Assembly (NCBI GenBank): GCA_965279525.1
Contig: CBDIIB010000005.1
Span: 363,998 to 427,997, forward strand
DNA: 64,000 bases
Reading direction: 5' to 3'
Source of the DNA: Tagaea sp.
GTDB lineage: Bacteria > Pseudomonadota > Alphaproteobacteria > CACIAM-22H2
Shown: piece by piece, positions 48,894-58,927 of the stretch
How the letters are laid out: the number at the start of each line of letters is the position of its first letter
How positions within the stretch are numbered: position 1 is the first letter of the stretch
Position numbers and translations under genes: made by a program
Notes under the pieces: model-generated
Database searches by the model: none
What the model saw: the letters and a program-made list of their open reading frames with translations, nothing else
What the model was told of the DNA's origin: nothing

Positions 48894-49364
48894 TCAGCTC
48901 CCGAATCCGAATCCGAGCGGCAGCGGAACGCCGAACACGCCGGTGAAAAGGCCATACCAGATCGCCGCATTCGCGACGCCGACGGCAATGGCCTGCCGAT
49001 AGGTCGCGCGAAAGAGCAGCGCCACGCCGCCGCACAGAAGGAATGTGGCGACCGGAAAGCCCGCGATCGTGTAGAGGGCCGCCGTCCCGAAGCTCAAGCC
49101 CAGCAGCACCCCGAGCTTCCCCGCAAGGGCGCCCTTCGGCCATGGCTCGGCAAGGCCCGGCCGATACGCGTACCAGATCGACAGGGCCGCCAGCACGAAA
49201 CCCAGAAAGAGCGGGAAGGCGCGCGGCCCCCAGGGATCGGACGAGAAGCCGTATTCGATGTTGGCGGCGAAAAGGCAATAGACGAGCGCGAAAGCCAGCA
49301 GCGCAAGTCCGGGAATCCGCCGCGCGCCACCGACCGGGCCGGTCTGGCCGTGATTGTTTTCCAA
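48894..49364 (-). CDS. tctB: Tripartite tricarboxylate transporter small membrane subunit TctB
   Basis: 156 aa, 4 TM, located between tctA and tctC. Confidence 0.7.
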   Translation of the reverse strand: MENNHGQTGPVGGARRIPGLALLAFALVYCLFAANIEYGFSSDPWGPRAFPLFLGFVLAALSIWYAYRPGLAEPWPKGALAGKLGVLLGLSFGTAALYTIAGFPVATFLLCGGVALLFRATYRQAIAVGVANAAIWYGLFTGVFGVPLPLGFGFGS

Positions 49365-49442
49365 GGCAGTCTTCCTTCCCGCTGCGCCGTCGCCGGCCGG
49401 GGCCCCGTTCGCGGGCCCGGCCGGCCGGTCCGCACAGGCCCG

Positions 49443-50408
49443 TTAGAGCCCGGCTTCCTTTGCCAGAAGCTTGAAGCGCGCGACTTCCTCCTTGACGCGG
49501 GCATCGAACGCCGGACCGATCACGGTGTAGGGGAAGAGCCCGCGTGCGGCACGCTCGCGTTCGAACTCGGGAGTCGCGCTCAGCTTCGTCAGCAACTCGG
49601 TCCACCACCGGTAATCCGCGTCGCTGACCTTGGGCCCGACATAATAGCCGCGCCACACGGTCCAGATCGCGTCGTAGCCCTGCTCGCGCGCTGTCGGAAC
49701 AGCCGCAAGATCGCCGGGCAGACGCTGTTCGGACATCACGGCAAGAATCCGCACCTTGCCGGCCTTGTGGTGCTGGCCCATCTCGCCCGCGTCGCCCGAC
49801 GCGATCTTGATGTGACCGCCCTGCAGCGCCGTCATGACGGCACCGCCGCCTTCGAGCGCCGCATATCGCATCGTGCGGGGTGCCACGCCGACGGCTCTCG
49901 CGAGAACAGCCGCCTTCATCCAGTCCTGGCTGCCGACGGCACCGCCGCCGCCGACCGGCAGGCTGCCCGGATTCTGCTTGAAGGCCTGCATGAGTTCGCC
50001 GAGCGACTTGTAGGGGCTGTCGGCTGCGACCGCGATCACGCCGAAATCCGCGCCGAGGCCGGCGACCCAGCGCACGGCGTTCTCGTCGTGGCGTCCGAAC
50101 TTGCCCTGCGCGAGCAGCAGCGCCGAACCGGTCGACGCGGCGATGACAAGGCCCGGATCGCCCGGGCGCGTGCCGATGACGTGGTTGTACGCGACCGCCC
50201 CGACGCCGCCTTCCATGAAGGTGACGGCCATCGGCTTGTCGATCAGCTTGGCGGCAAGCAGCGAGTTTCCGACGAGCCGGCAGGTGAGGTCGAAGCCCCC
50301 GCCCGGCTGCGCGCCGGCGAGGCATTCGGTCTTGTCGGGTGCGGCTGCGACCGGCAGCGGACCCGCGAACATCAGAATGGCGGCGGCAGCGGCGTATATG
50401 GAACGCAT
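49443..50408 (-). CDS. tctC: Tripartite tricarboxylate transporter substrate-binding protein (second TctC paralog)
   Basis: 321 aa. Clearly a paralog of the 46394 protein (ECLAGAQPGGGFDLTCRL... vs ECIAPARQGGGFDLTCRL...). Confidence 0.8.
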   Translation of the reverse strand: MRSIYAAAAAILMFAGPLPVAAAPDKTECLAGAQPGGGFDLTCRLVGNSLLAAKLIDKPMAVTFMEGGVGAVAYNHVIGTRPGDPGLVIAASTGSALLLAQGKFGRHDENAVRWVAGLGADFGVIAVAADSPYKSLGELMQAFKQNPGSLPVGGGGAVGSQDWMKAAVLARAVGVAPRTMRYAALEGGGAVMTALQGGHIKIASGDAGEMGQHHKAGKVRILAVMSEQRLPGDLAAVPTAREQGYDAIWTVWRGYYVGPKVSDADYRWWTELLTKLSATPEFERERAARGLFPYTVIGPAFDARVKEEVARFKLLAKEAGL

Positions 50409-50508
50409 GGCGTCATCCCCTCAAAATCGTTTCCGGCAGATTTTTATCTGCCCGGGGGACAAGCTACCGGAGTCGCCTTTCAACCAGCTTTCAGCCGCAT
50501 GGCCGTGT

Positions 50509-51801
50509 CTACTTGATCCCTAGGCGCACCTTCAGGCGCGGATCGACGACGGCATCGGCAAGGTCGATTCCGGCGAACTGTTCCTCGTCGACCGTCACGT
50601 CGCGGATGTCGATGCCCGATACGCCCGCACCTGCGAACTTGGCACCACGCAGGTCGGCCGCGCGCAGCACCGCCTTGTCGAGCTTGGCCGCGAACGACCG
50701 GCCGGCGGCGAGCGGCAGCGGCGAGAAGTCGCAGTCGCGCAGGTCGGCGCGCGTGAGCTTGGCACCCGCGAGACTGACGCCGCGCATGTCGGAACCGGCC
50801 AGCTTGCAGTCGCGCAGGTCGGCCCCGGCAAGACGTGCACCCTGGAGCTGGCAGCCGCGCATGTCGAGGCCGACGAAGATCGCGCCCTCCGCGCGCAGGC
50901 CCACCAGAAGCTGGCCGCTGAGCTTGGGCAGCTTGCGGCAGTCGTAGCCGGAAAGATCGGCGACCTTGCCTTCGGCCCCGCCGGTCTGCGCCCACGCGGC
51001 ATGCAGGCGCAGCAGTTCCTCAGGCGCCACACCCTGTTCGGACAGCGCCTTGCCGGCGAGCTTGTCGTCGACGACATCGACCAGCGTGGCGCCGTCGAGC
51101 ACGGCGTTGGAAAGCTTGGTGCCGGTCATCACGGCGCCGTCGAGCGAAGCGCCCGTGCAGTTGGCGCCGGTGAGATCCGCACCCGCGAGATTGGCGCCGA
51201 CGAGCTGGGCCTTCTGCAGGTTGGCGCGCGCGAGCTTGCAGTCGCGCATGATCGCGTCGGTGAAATCGGCTTGCCCCGCGAGCATGCCGTCCATCGCGGC
51301 TTCGGAAAGGTTCGCCGCCGCCAGCTTGGCGCCCTGCAGCTCGGTTGCCCCCACCTCGCCCAGCTTCAGCGCATGCAGGTTGCCGGCCCTGTCCTTCTGC
51401 GTGATCGAGCCTTCGCGAAGATCAGCCTGGATGAGGTTGGCGCGCGTCAGGTTCGCCCCGCGCAGGCACGCCCCGCGCAGGTCCGCGCGCATCAGGCTTG
51501 CCCCTTCGAGATCGGCCTCGCGGAAATCGCAGGCGAAGAGCGTGGCGCGGTCGAGCACGCAGTCCGACATCATCGCGCCGCGGAACGAGGCCCCGGTGCA
51601 GTCGGCCTCGGTCAAGTTGGCGCCGGCCATCGCCATGCCGCCGAGATCGGCGAAAGCCAGCATCGCGCGCACGCCGCCGGGCTTGCCCGTGCGGAAGCGC
51701 TCGTGAAGCGCGATCACGTTGGCAAGTTCGGAATGCGACAGCTTCTTGCGCTGGACTTTGGCACTATGGGCCGACAGCATTGCGCCCCCGTTCGCGACCA
51801 C
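50509..51801 (-). CDS. Pentapeptide-repeat protein
   Basis: ~430 aa of A(D/N)LxG-type pentapeptide repeats (ANLTEADCTGASFRGA..., LAGADLTGANCTGASL...). Confidence 0.8.
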   Translation of the reverse strand: MVANGGAMLSAHSAKVQRKKLSHSELANVIALHERFRTGKPGGVRAMLAFADLGGMAMAGANLTEADCTGASFRGAMMSDCVLDRATLFACDFREADLEGASLMRADLRGACLRGANLTRANLIQADLREGSITQKDRAGNLHALKLGEVGATELQGAKLAAANLSEAAMDGMLAGQADFTDAIMRDCKLARANLQKAQLVGANLAGADLTGANCTGASLDGAVMTGTKLSNAVLDGATLVDVVDDKLAGKALSEQGVAPEELLRLHAAWAQTGGAEGKVADLSGYDCRKLPKLSGQLLVGLRAEGAIFVGLDMRGCQLQGARLAGADLRDCKLAGSDMRGVSLAGAKLTRADLRDCDFSPLPLAAGRSFAAKLDKAVLRAADLRGAKFAGAGVSGIDIRDVTVDEEQFAGIDLADAVVDPRLKVRLGIK

Positions 51802-51904
51802 CTCGTACGATTGCCTCAGTCCGGCATCGAAATCAAGGTGTTAGAGATGTCAGGGCCATGGCACGACGCTGTCCGAGGCCATATTTCATGCACCCGGAGA
51901 CCCC

Positions 51905-52660
51905 ATGAACACCCGTCGCGACCTGCTGCTGGCCGGCATCGGCCTCATCGTCCTCCCCGGCCCTGTCGCGGCACAGGGCCTGCTCGACCAGGGGCGCAAC
52001 CTGCTCAACCAGGGCGGCGTTTCGATCCCCGGTGCCGGCGGCGGCACCAAGGGTGCGGGCCTGTCGGTTTCCCAGATCGTGCAGGGCCTGAAGGACGCGC
52101 TCGTCAAGGGCAGCGAGGCGACCGTTGCGCGCCTGGGCAAGGCCAACGGCTTCCTCGGCGATCCCGCCGTGCGCATCCCTCTGCCCGACACGCTGCGCCA
52201 GGTGCAGTCGGCCCTGCGCACCATCGGCGCTTCCGGCATGGCCGACGATCTGGAGACGCGCATGAACCGCGCGGCCGAACAGGCGGCACCGAAAGCCAAG
52301 GACCTGTTCTTGTCCGCGATCCGCGGCATGAGCGTCTCGGATGCCCAAGGCATCCTCAACGGGCCGGCCGATGCCGCCACGCAGTATCTTCGCCGCACGA
52401 CCGGCGGCCAGCTCGGCACGCAGATCCGCCCGCTGATCGAGACGGCCCTGCAGCAGGCGGGTGCCGCGAAGGCGTACGATTCGATGCTCGGCCGCTACGC
52501 GCAGATCCCCGGCATGCCCGACGCCAAGGCGAACATCACCGACTGGACGCGCGACAAGGGCCTCGACGGCATTTTCCATTACATCGCCAAGGAAGAGGCC
52601 GATATCCGGGCAAACCCGGCCGCGCGCACGACCGAGCTGCTGAAAAAAGTGTTCGGCTGA
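51905..52660 (+). CDS. DUF4197 domain-containing protein (Tat-secreted)
   Basis: 251 aa, MNTRRDLLLAGIGLIVLPGPVAA twin-Arg signal. Composition and length typical of DUF4197. Confidence 0.6.
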   Translation: MNTRRDLLLAGIGLIVLPGPVAAQGLLDQGRNLLNQGGVSIPGAGGGTKGAGLSVSQIVQGLKDALVKGSEATVARLGKANGFLGDPAVRIPLPDTLRQVQSALRTIGASGMADDLETRMNRAAEQAAPKAKDLFLSAIRGMSVSDAQGILNGPADAATQYLRRTTGGQLGTQIRPLIETALQQAGAAKAYDSMLGRYAQIPGMPDAKANITDWTRDKGLDGIFHYIAKEEADIRANPAARTTELLKKVFG

Positions 52661-52720
52661 CGCCGGCCGCCTATATTCTCTCCATCCTCCCCTTCCCGCC
52701 CGAACAAGGTTGATCCGCCC

Positions 52721-54589
52721 ATGGCCGCGCCCTCCACCTTCACGACCCGCCCCGAAATCGCCGGCACGTTCGGCGTGGTCTCCTCCACGCACTGGATCGC
52801 CAGCCAGGTCGGCATGGGCGTGCTCGAAAAGGGCGGCAACGCGTTCGACGCGGCCGTCGCGGCCGGCTTCACGCTGCAGGTCGTCGAACCGCACATGAAC
52901 GGGCTGGGCGGCGACGCGGTCATCATCGCGTGCACCGCCGACGGCAAGCCCAAGGTGATCTGCGGCCAGGGCGTGGCGCCGGCAAAGGCGACCATCGCGC
53001 ATTACAAGGCGCAGGGCATCGAGACGATCCCCGGCACGGGCCTGCTCGCGGCCGTCGTCCCGGGTGCCTTCGACGCGTGGCTGACGATGCTGCGCGACTA
53101 CGGCACGACGACGCTCGCCGAAGTGATGGCGCCGGCCATCGGCTACGCCAAGGACGGGTTCCCGCTGCTGCCCGGCGTCGCCGGTGCGGTGCAGTCGGTT
53201 TCCGAGATCTTCAAGACCGAGTGGAAGAGCTCGGCCGCCACGTGGATGCCGGGCGGCAACGTGCCGGCCGCCGGCTCGCTGTTCACCAACCCCAAGCTCG
53301 CCGACACGCTCCAGCGCCTGCTGGCCGAGGGCGCTTCGGCCGGCCCCGACCGCGAGGCGCAGATCGAGAAGGCGCGCAACGCCTACTACAAGGGCTTCGT
53401 CGCCGAGGCGATCGACAAGTTCTGCCGCGAGAACGAGATCATGGACGTGTCGGGCAAGCGCCACAAAGGCGTGCTGTCGGCCGACGACATGGCCGCGTGG
53501 CGCGCACCCGTCGAAGATCCCACGACGTTCGACTATCGCGGCATCACCGTGTGCAAGGCCGGCCCATGGAGCCAGGGGCCGGTGTTCCTGCAGGTGCTCG
53601 CACTCCTGCAGGGCTACGACATCGCGTCGATGGACACGACGGGCCCCGAGTTCATCCATCTGCTGATCGAGGCGACCAAGATCGCCTATGCCGACCGCGA
53701 GGCGTGGTACGCCGACCCCGACTTCAACGACGTGCCGATGAAGACGATGCTGTCGGCCAAGTACAACGACGCGCGCCGCAAGCTGATCGGTGACAGCGCC
53801 AGTTTCGACCTGCGCCCCGGCTCGCCCGACGGGCGCAATCCGTCGCTGCCGAAATTCAACGTCGTCGGCACCAAGAAGATGATCCCGGGCATGGGCGGCT
53901 TCGGCGAGCCCGCGCGCGTGGAGAGCGACGCGCTGGCGACCGAGCGCTACCGCGACGGCGGCGCCTCCGCGATGGCGCGCGGCGGGCGCGCGGCGCAAGG
54001 GCCCGCCGAAGGCGACACCTGCCATCTCGACGTGATCGACCGCTGGGGCAACACGGTGGCGTGCACACCGTCGGGCGGCTGGCTGCAGAGCTCGCCGACG
54101 ATCCCCGATCTCGGCTTCTGCCTCGGGACACGCGGCCAGATGTTCTGGCTGCAGGAAGGCCTGCCGTCGAGCCTCACCCCGAAGATGCGCCCGCGCACGA
54201 CGCTGACGCCGTCGATGGCGATGAAGGACGGCAAGCCGTGGATGGCCTTCGGCTCGCCCGGCGGCGACAACCAGGACCAATGGATCGCGCAGTTCTTCCT
54301 GCGCCATGTCGACCACAAGCTCAACATGCAGGCCGCGATGGACGCGCCCATGCTGCAGACCGACCACTGGCCCAATTCGTTCTTCCCGCGCGAAGCACGC
54401 CCCGGCAAGGTGCAGGTCGAATCGCGCTTCCCGAAGGAAACGATCGAAGCGCTGAAGGCCAAGGGCCACGACATCGAGGTCGGCGGCGAATGGTCGCTGG
54501 GCCGCAACGCGGCCACCAAGCGCGAAGGCAAGGTGCTGAAGGCGGCCGCCACGCCGCGCCTCCAGCAGGCCTACGCGGTCGGGCGTTAG
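52721..54589 (+). CDS. Gamma-glutamyltransferase family protein
   Basis: 622 aa. GGT family with autoprocessing-site Thr context (GDTCHLDVIDRWGN) and MNGLGGDAV. Confidence 0.85.
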   Translation: MAAPSTFTTRPEIAGTFGVVSSTHWIASQVGMGVLEKGGNAFDAAVAAGFTLQVVEPHMNGLGGDAVIIACTADGKPKVICGQGVAPAKATIAHYKAQGIETIPGTGLLAAVVPGAFDAWLTMLRDYGTTTLAEVMAPAIGYAKDGFPLLPGVAGAVQSVSEIFKTEWKSSAATWMPGGNVPAAGSLFTNPKLADTLQRLLAEGASAGPDREAQIEKARNAYYKGFVAEAIDKFCRENEIMDVSGKRHKGVLSADDMAAWRAPVEDPTTFDYRGITVCKAGPWSQGPVFLQVLALLQGYDIASMDTTGPEFIHLLIEATKIAYADREAWYADPDFNDVPMKTMLSAKYNDARRKLIGDSASFDLRPGSPDGRNPSLPKFNVVGTKKMIPGMGGFGEPARVESDALATERYRDGGASAMARGGRAAQGPAEGDTCHLDVIDRWGNTVACTPSGGWLQSSPTIPDLGFCLGTRGQMFWLQEGLPSSLTPKMRPRTTLTPSMAMKDGKPWMAFGSPGGDNQDQWIAQFFLRHVDHKLNMQAAMDAPMLQTDHWPNSFFPREARPGKVQVESRFPKETIEALKAKGHDIEVGGEWSLGRNAATKREGKVLKAAATPRLQQAYAVGR

Positions 54590-54604
54590 TTGGGCGGGCG
54601 CTAG

Positions 54605-55213
54605 TTGCCGGACGGCACCTCCGAGATCCTCGCCCTCGCCTCGGCGGTCGCCTGGGCGAGCGGGATCAATCTCTATGCCGCCGTGCTGGCACTCGGCGCC
54701 ATGCACCATCTGGGCATCGTCACGCTGCCCGAGCACATGCAGCTCGTCGCATCGTTCCCGGTGATGGCAGCGGCGGGCGGGATGTATCTGGCCCAGTTCG
54801 TCGCCGACAAGATCCCGGGCGTGGATCTCGGCTGGGACGCGATCCATACCTTCATCCGGATTCCGGCGGGTGCTTTCCTTGCGGCCGCCGCCGTGGGCGA
54901 CGCGGACACCGGCCTCAAGCTTGCCGCCGCCCTTGCCGGCGGGGCACTTTCGCTGGGCACGCATGCGACGAAGGCGAGCGGCCGGCTCTTCGTCAATTCG
55001 CACCTGCCGTTCGTGGGCACGGCCGCCGCGTCAGTCGCCGAGGATATCGCGGTGGTCGGCGGGCTCTACGCCGCGGTCACGAATCCGGTCTGGTTCCTTG
55101 GCGCCATTGCGGTGCTGATCGTCGTCATGGGGCTGACGCTGTGGCTGCTGGCGAAATTCCTGCGCTTCGCCGCAGCGAAGATCGGCAGCCTGTTCCGCGG
55201 CACGCCGGCCTGA
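54605..55213 (+). CDS. DUF4126 family membrane protein
   Basis: 202 aa, 4-5 TM, Ala-rich. Confidence 0.55.
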   Translation: MPDGTSEILALASAVAWASGINLYAAVLALGAMHHLGIVTLPEHMQLVASFPVMAAAGGMYLAQFVADKIPGVDLGWDAIHTFIRIPAGAFLAAAAVGDADTGLKLAAALAGGALSLGTHATKASGRLFVNSHLPFVGTAAASVAEDIAVVGGLYAAVTNPVWFLGAIAVLIVVMGLTLWLLAKFLRFAAAKIGSLFRGTPA

Positions 55214-55217
55214 CGGC

Positions 55218-56189
55218 CTAGTTCGTCTGCGGCTCGATATCGTCGAACAGCAGGCCGGCCTGCAGCACGTCTTCCAGACCGAAGTTCCGCCATAGCTCGC
55301 CTGCGCGCAGGTGCCGGCGGAAATCGTCCCAGAACGCGGCCTTGCCGGGCAGACCATCAGGCCACGCACGCATGAACAGGTCGCGCGCGGTCGCCGCTTC
55401 GCCCGAATAGATCAGCATCAGCAGCGAGCGCCACGCCTGCACGGGCGGGATCGCGTGCACGTCGTCGGGCGTGCGCAGGCCAAGCGGCACATAGGCCCCG
55501 CCCGACGCGCGCCAGTTTTCCAGGGCCGTGCGCATCTCGGTCTCGAAACGCTGCAGGCGACGCGGCGATGTGGGCGCGCGCCCGACGGCATTCGCGTCGA
55601 CGACGAAGCGCCGCCCTTCCCACACGAGATTGAGGGCCGGCGTCGGGCCGTTGGACAGCGGCGCGTTCCAGCCCGCGAAGGCGCGGTCGGAGAAGACGAG
55701 GCGCTCGACCGCGCGCTCGTCGCCGTCTTCCACGCCGGCGAAGATGTCGCCGCGCCCGATCGTCTGCACCGAAAAGCCGTCGCGAAGCGCGAACGCATGC
55801 AGCGTGTCGCCGCCGGACCCGCCGCCCGGGCTTGCATCCACCAGCAGGTCGGGGCCGTCGGCGCTGCCCTCGTGGAACGCGACGACCTTGAAGATGCCCG
55901 CCGACGTCAGATGCACGATGCGCCCGCGCCGCTCGACCAGCATCAAGGCGGGATGTTCCCGGTTGGCGGGATAGAGCGAAAAGACATGGCCGCGCAGCGT
56001 GAAGCGCTGCGGGACCGGATCCTGCGCGCGCCGTTCGGTCAGTCGTTCGAAGAGCAGCCAGTCGAAGGTCGTGTCGGCGCGCGCGGTGCGCACCCAGCCG
56101 GTCAGGGCGGCGAGCAGCACGGCCGCCGCCAGACACGCGGCAAGGAAGCCGCGGGGATCGATCGCTGGGGGCCGGCGTCGATTGCGCAT
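55218..56189 (-). CDS. Hypothetical exported/membrane-anchored protein
   Basis: Start at MRNRRRPPAIDPRGFLAACLAAAVLLAAL (signal-anchor). No family recognised. Confidence 0.5.
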   Translation of the reverse strand: MRNRRRPPAIDPRGFLAACLAAAVLLAALTGWVRTARADTTFDWLLFERLTERRAQDPVPQRFTLRGHVFSLYPANREHPALMLVERRGRIVHLTSAGIFKVVAFHEGSADGPDLLVDASPGGGSGGDTLHAFALRDGFSVQTIGRGDIFAGVEDGDERAVERLVFSDRAFAGWNAPLSNGPTPALNLVWEGRRFVVDANAVGRAPTSPRRLQRFETEMRTALENWRASGGAYVPLGLRTPDDVHAIPPVQAWRSLLMLIYSGEAATARDLFMRAWPDGLPGKAAFWDDFRRHLRAGELWRNFGLEDVLQAGLLFDDIEPQTN

Positions 56190-56276
56190 CGCGCACACTG
56201 CCTTCCGTCCGGAACAACCAAGGGTCAAATCAAAGCATATTCCGTGCCGGACGGCGAGTCGGGGATGCGGGAGGGG

Positions 56277-56645
56277 TCAGGCGTCGCCCGCCAACCGCCG
56301 TCCGAACTTTCGTACACACGCCTTGAAACAGCCGACCGGATCGCAGTCGGCATGTTCGACCTGCCCGGCGGCGGGTGCAGGCGGCTGCGCTTCTGCCACC
56401 TGGCTCCCGTTGACAATCCGGACCAGGAGAAAAAGCGCGCCTCCCACCGAGCCGAATATCACCAGTCGCGCGGAGTTCTCGGCCGGAAACAGCTCGAACC
56501 ATGCGCCGATCGCCATGACGATCGCCGCAAATGCGAAAGCGCCAAGCAGCCCTTCCGTCAGAAATTCCAGAAACATCAGCAAGAGCGCCAAAACAACCCA
56601 TGCGCCGATCGGATACTCGTGCAGGTAGGCAATATAACTTTCCAT
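56277..56645 (-). CDS. NfeD-like membrane protein (OB-fold C-terminus)
   Basis: Start at MESYIAYLHEYPIGAWVVLALLLMFLEFL. 2 TM plus soluble C-terminal domain. Lies downstream of the stomatin gene. Confidence 0.5.
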   Translation of the reverse strand: MESYIAYLHEYPIGAWVVLALLLMFLEFLTEGLLGAFAFAAIVMAIGAWFELFPAENSARLVIFGSVGGALFLLVRIVNGSQVAEAQPPAPAAGQVEHADCDPVGCFKACVRKFGRRLAGDA

Positions 56646-56826
56646 TGAATGTCCACCGCAGGTTGGGATGCGAATAGTCGAAAAGGATGCTACCGGAAAT
56701 GGCTTCGACCTGTCCAACAGCTGCGCGCGACGATAGCTGGCAATACCGGGCTACCTCCAAACGACTTGGCCGGCCATGACCGAACCGAAGGAAGCCGCCG
56801 TCGGATGTCGGACTCTTGCGACCCGA

Positions 56827-57036
56827 TCAGGGTGGCGGGTTCCGGCGGACGTATCGCGCGACCGTCGCGTACATGCCGAGGCAAAGCGCCAGGAACACCG
56901 CCACCCTTGCCGCGTGGGATTCAGGGTTGAGTTCGAGCGCTTCGCCGGTCGCGAACAGGAGCAATGCCAGCAGAACGGAAAGTCCGATACGCGTCGACAG
57001 CGGCGAGAACAGCAGCTCGACGATCGGCCAGATCAT
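56827..57036 (-). CDS. Small (69 aa) two-TM membrane protein, hypothetical
   Basis: MIWPIVELLFSPLSTRIGLSVLLALLLFATGEALE... inside the stomatin/NfeD operon. Confidence 0.4.
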   Translation of the reverse strand: MIWPIVELLFSPLSTRIGLSVLLALLLFATGEALELNPESHAARVAVFLALCLGMYATVARYVRRNPPP

Positions 57037-57067
57037 TGCGCCTCGCTCGACCGGACGGGCCGGGAAC

Positions 57068-57349
57068 TCAATAGCGGTTGATGTCCGGCGTCCGGTCCGA
57101 GAACCGGCGCAGCAGCGTGCGCAGCGGCACGATCAGCGCCACACCGATCGCGGCGAAGATGACCAGCTTCAGGAGCAGCGGCTCCGGCAACATGCCGGTC
57201 CACGCACCTGCCGCCATCAGGAAGCCCGCCGTCGCGAACGGCAGGAAGAATCCGATCGTCAGCAGGATCTCGACGACGAGGAACACGACCCCGATCGCCG
57301 CCCACACGACGACCGGATAGTCCGTGAAAACCGCCTCGATGAAGTTCAT
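57068..57349 (-). CDS. NfeD-family short membrane protein
   Basis: 93 aa, 2-3 TM. Start/stop overlap (ATGA) with the stomatin gene, the classic SPFH-NfeD pair. Confidence 0.6.
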   Translation of the reverse strand: MNFIEAVFTDYPVVVWAAIGVVFLVVEILLTIGFFLPFATAGFLMAAGAWTGMLPEPLLLKLVIFAAIGVALIVPLRTLLRRFSDRTPDINRY

Positions 57350-58230
57350 TTCGACCTCAGCGCTTCGAGCACGGTGGCAAGGCTGCCCAGCGACTTCGTG
57401 ATATCGGTCGGGATGACGATGAGCTTGGAGTTTCCGGAGCGCGCGATCTCGGCGATGCTGTGGATCTGCTGCTTCATGATCTCGAAATCGACGGCGGCCT
57501 GTCCGTTCGCCTCGATCGCCTTGCCGACGGATGTCGTCGCGTAGGCTTCGGCGTCGGCAAGCACGCGCCGCGCCTCGGCCTGTTTCTGCGCGGTATAGAA
57601 CTCGCCGTCAGCCTTGTGCTGCTGCGCCTGCCGGTCGCCTTCCGCCTTGGTGACGGCGGCCCGGCGCTCGCGCTCGGCATTGAGCTGCTGCTGCATGGCC
57701 GTGCGCGTCGCGGCGTCGACCGACACGTCGAGCACTTCGGTGCGTGTGATCTCGATGCCCCAAACGGTGCAGGCTTCCGACAGCGAATCCTTGATCTTCT
57801 CGTTGATGAAGTCGCGCTTGGCCTGCACCTCGTCGAACTCCATGTGGCCGCCGGTCGCGCGCACGATGCTCGTCACCGTCGTCTTGACCGCCTGGTCGAC
57901 ATCGGTGATCCGGTAGACCGACTTCGCCGCATCGACGACGCGGAAAAACACCGCCGTCGTCAGGTGGATCTCGACGTTGTCCTTGGTGATGACGCTGATC
58001 TGCTGCGGCTCGAGCTGGCGCTCCAGGATGCTGACCTTCGCCGCGACCCGGTTGAGGATCGGCACGATGAAATTGAGACCGGGCCTCAGCGTGACCGTGT
58101 ACTTGCCGAACTGCTCGACGATGTATTCCTGCGACTGCGGGACGATCTTGATCCCGCTGATCGCGATCAGGACGAAGAGGACAAGAAGGATCAGGAAGAA
58201 GAATTCGGTCGTCAGGGAAACGGCGGACAT
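57346..58230 (-). CDS. SPFH/Band-7 (stomatin-like) protein
   Basis: 294 aa. N-terminal TM. SPFH domain (IVPQSQEYIVEQFGKY...). Coiled-coil C-terminus. Confidence 0.85.
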   Translation of the reverse strand: MSAVSLTTEFFFLILLVLFVLIAISGIKIVPQSQEYIVEQFGKYTVTLRPGLNFIVPILNRVAAKVSILERQLEPQQISVITKDNVEIHLTTAVFFRVVDAAKSVYRITDVDQAVKTTVTSIVRATGGHMEFDEVQAKRDFINEKIKDSLSEACTVWGIEITRTEVLDVSVDAATRTAMQQQLNAERERRAAVTKAEGDRQAQQHKADGEFYTAQKQAEARRVLADAEAYATTSVGKAIEANGQAAVDFEIMKQQIHSIAEIARSGNSKLIVIPTDITKSLGSLATVLEALRSK

Positions 58231-58312
58231 CGTGCGACACCTTCAAGTTGAGCCCAGCTGCACGCGACGATAGCAAGCACCCGGCCGGGACGCCACCTGA
58301 ATGCAAGGCCGC

Positions 58313-58927
58313 TCAGCTTCCCTTCGTCTTGTAGAGCGGCTCGGAAATGCCCTTGAGCGACAGCCGCTTGCGGTCGGGCTCCGGGGCCGCCAGCGCTTCG
58401 CATTCGACCAGCGTGGCGAGGCTGCGCTTGGTCAGGTTCTGGTAGTCGCGTGTACCCCCGCGCTTCCACTCGATCTCCTTGTCGGTCACCTCGCGCAGGA
58501 TCTTGGCCGGGATGCCGGCGACCAGCGTGCGCGGCGGGACGACGAAGCCCGCCTTGACGAACGCCATCGCCGCGACGATGGCGCATTCGCCGACGATTGC
58601 CCCGTCCATCACCACTGCGTTCATGCCGATCAGCGCATCGCGCTTGATGATGCAGCCATGCAGGATGGCGCCGTGGCCGATATGCGCGTCCACCTCCAGC
58701 ACCGTGTCGGTATCGGGAAAGCCGTGAACGACGCAGTTGTCCTGCAGGTTCGAGCCGTCCTGCATCACCAGCCGGCCGAAATCGCCGCGCATCGCGGCAC
58801 CGGGGCCGACATAGCAGTTCGCACCGATGATCACGTCGCCGATGAGTACGGCCGTGGGATGCACGAAGCTCGACGGATCGACCACCGGTACCATGCCGTC
58901 GATGGCGTAGACGCGCGGGCGGCTCAT
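58313..58927 (-). CDS. paaY: Hexapeptide-repeat gamma-carbonic-anhydrase-family protein. PaaY-like, adjacent to paaN.
   Basis: 204 aa left-handed beta-helix hexapeptide repeats ([25 protein letters not shown]). Context: phenylacetate cluster. Confidence 0.6.
   Translation of the reverse strand: MSRPRVYAIDGMVPVVDPSSFVHPTAVLIGDVIIGANCYVGPGAAMRGDFGRLVMQDGSNLQDNCVVHGFPDTDTVLEVDAHIGHGAILHGCIIKRDALIGMNAVVMDGAIVGECAIVAAMAFVKAGFVVPPRTLVAGIPAKILREVTDKEIEWKRGGTRDYQNLTKRSLATLVECEALAAPEPDRKRLSLKGISEPLYKTKGS

Noticed and set aside
50509-51801. Pentapeptide-repeat protein as a Qnr-type quinolone-resistance determinant
   Set aside because: At 430 aa it is far longer than Qnr (~215 aa) and lacks the characteristic two-domain Qnr layout. 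It is a generic pentapeptide-repeat protein.
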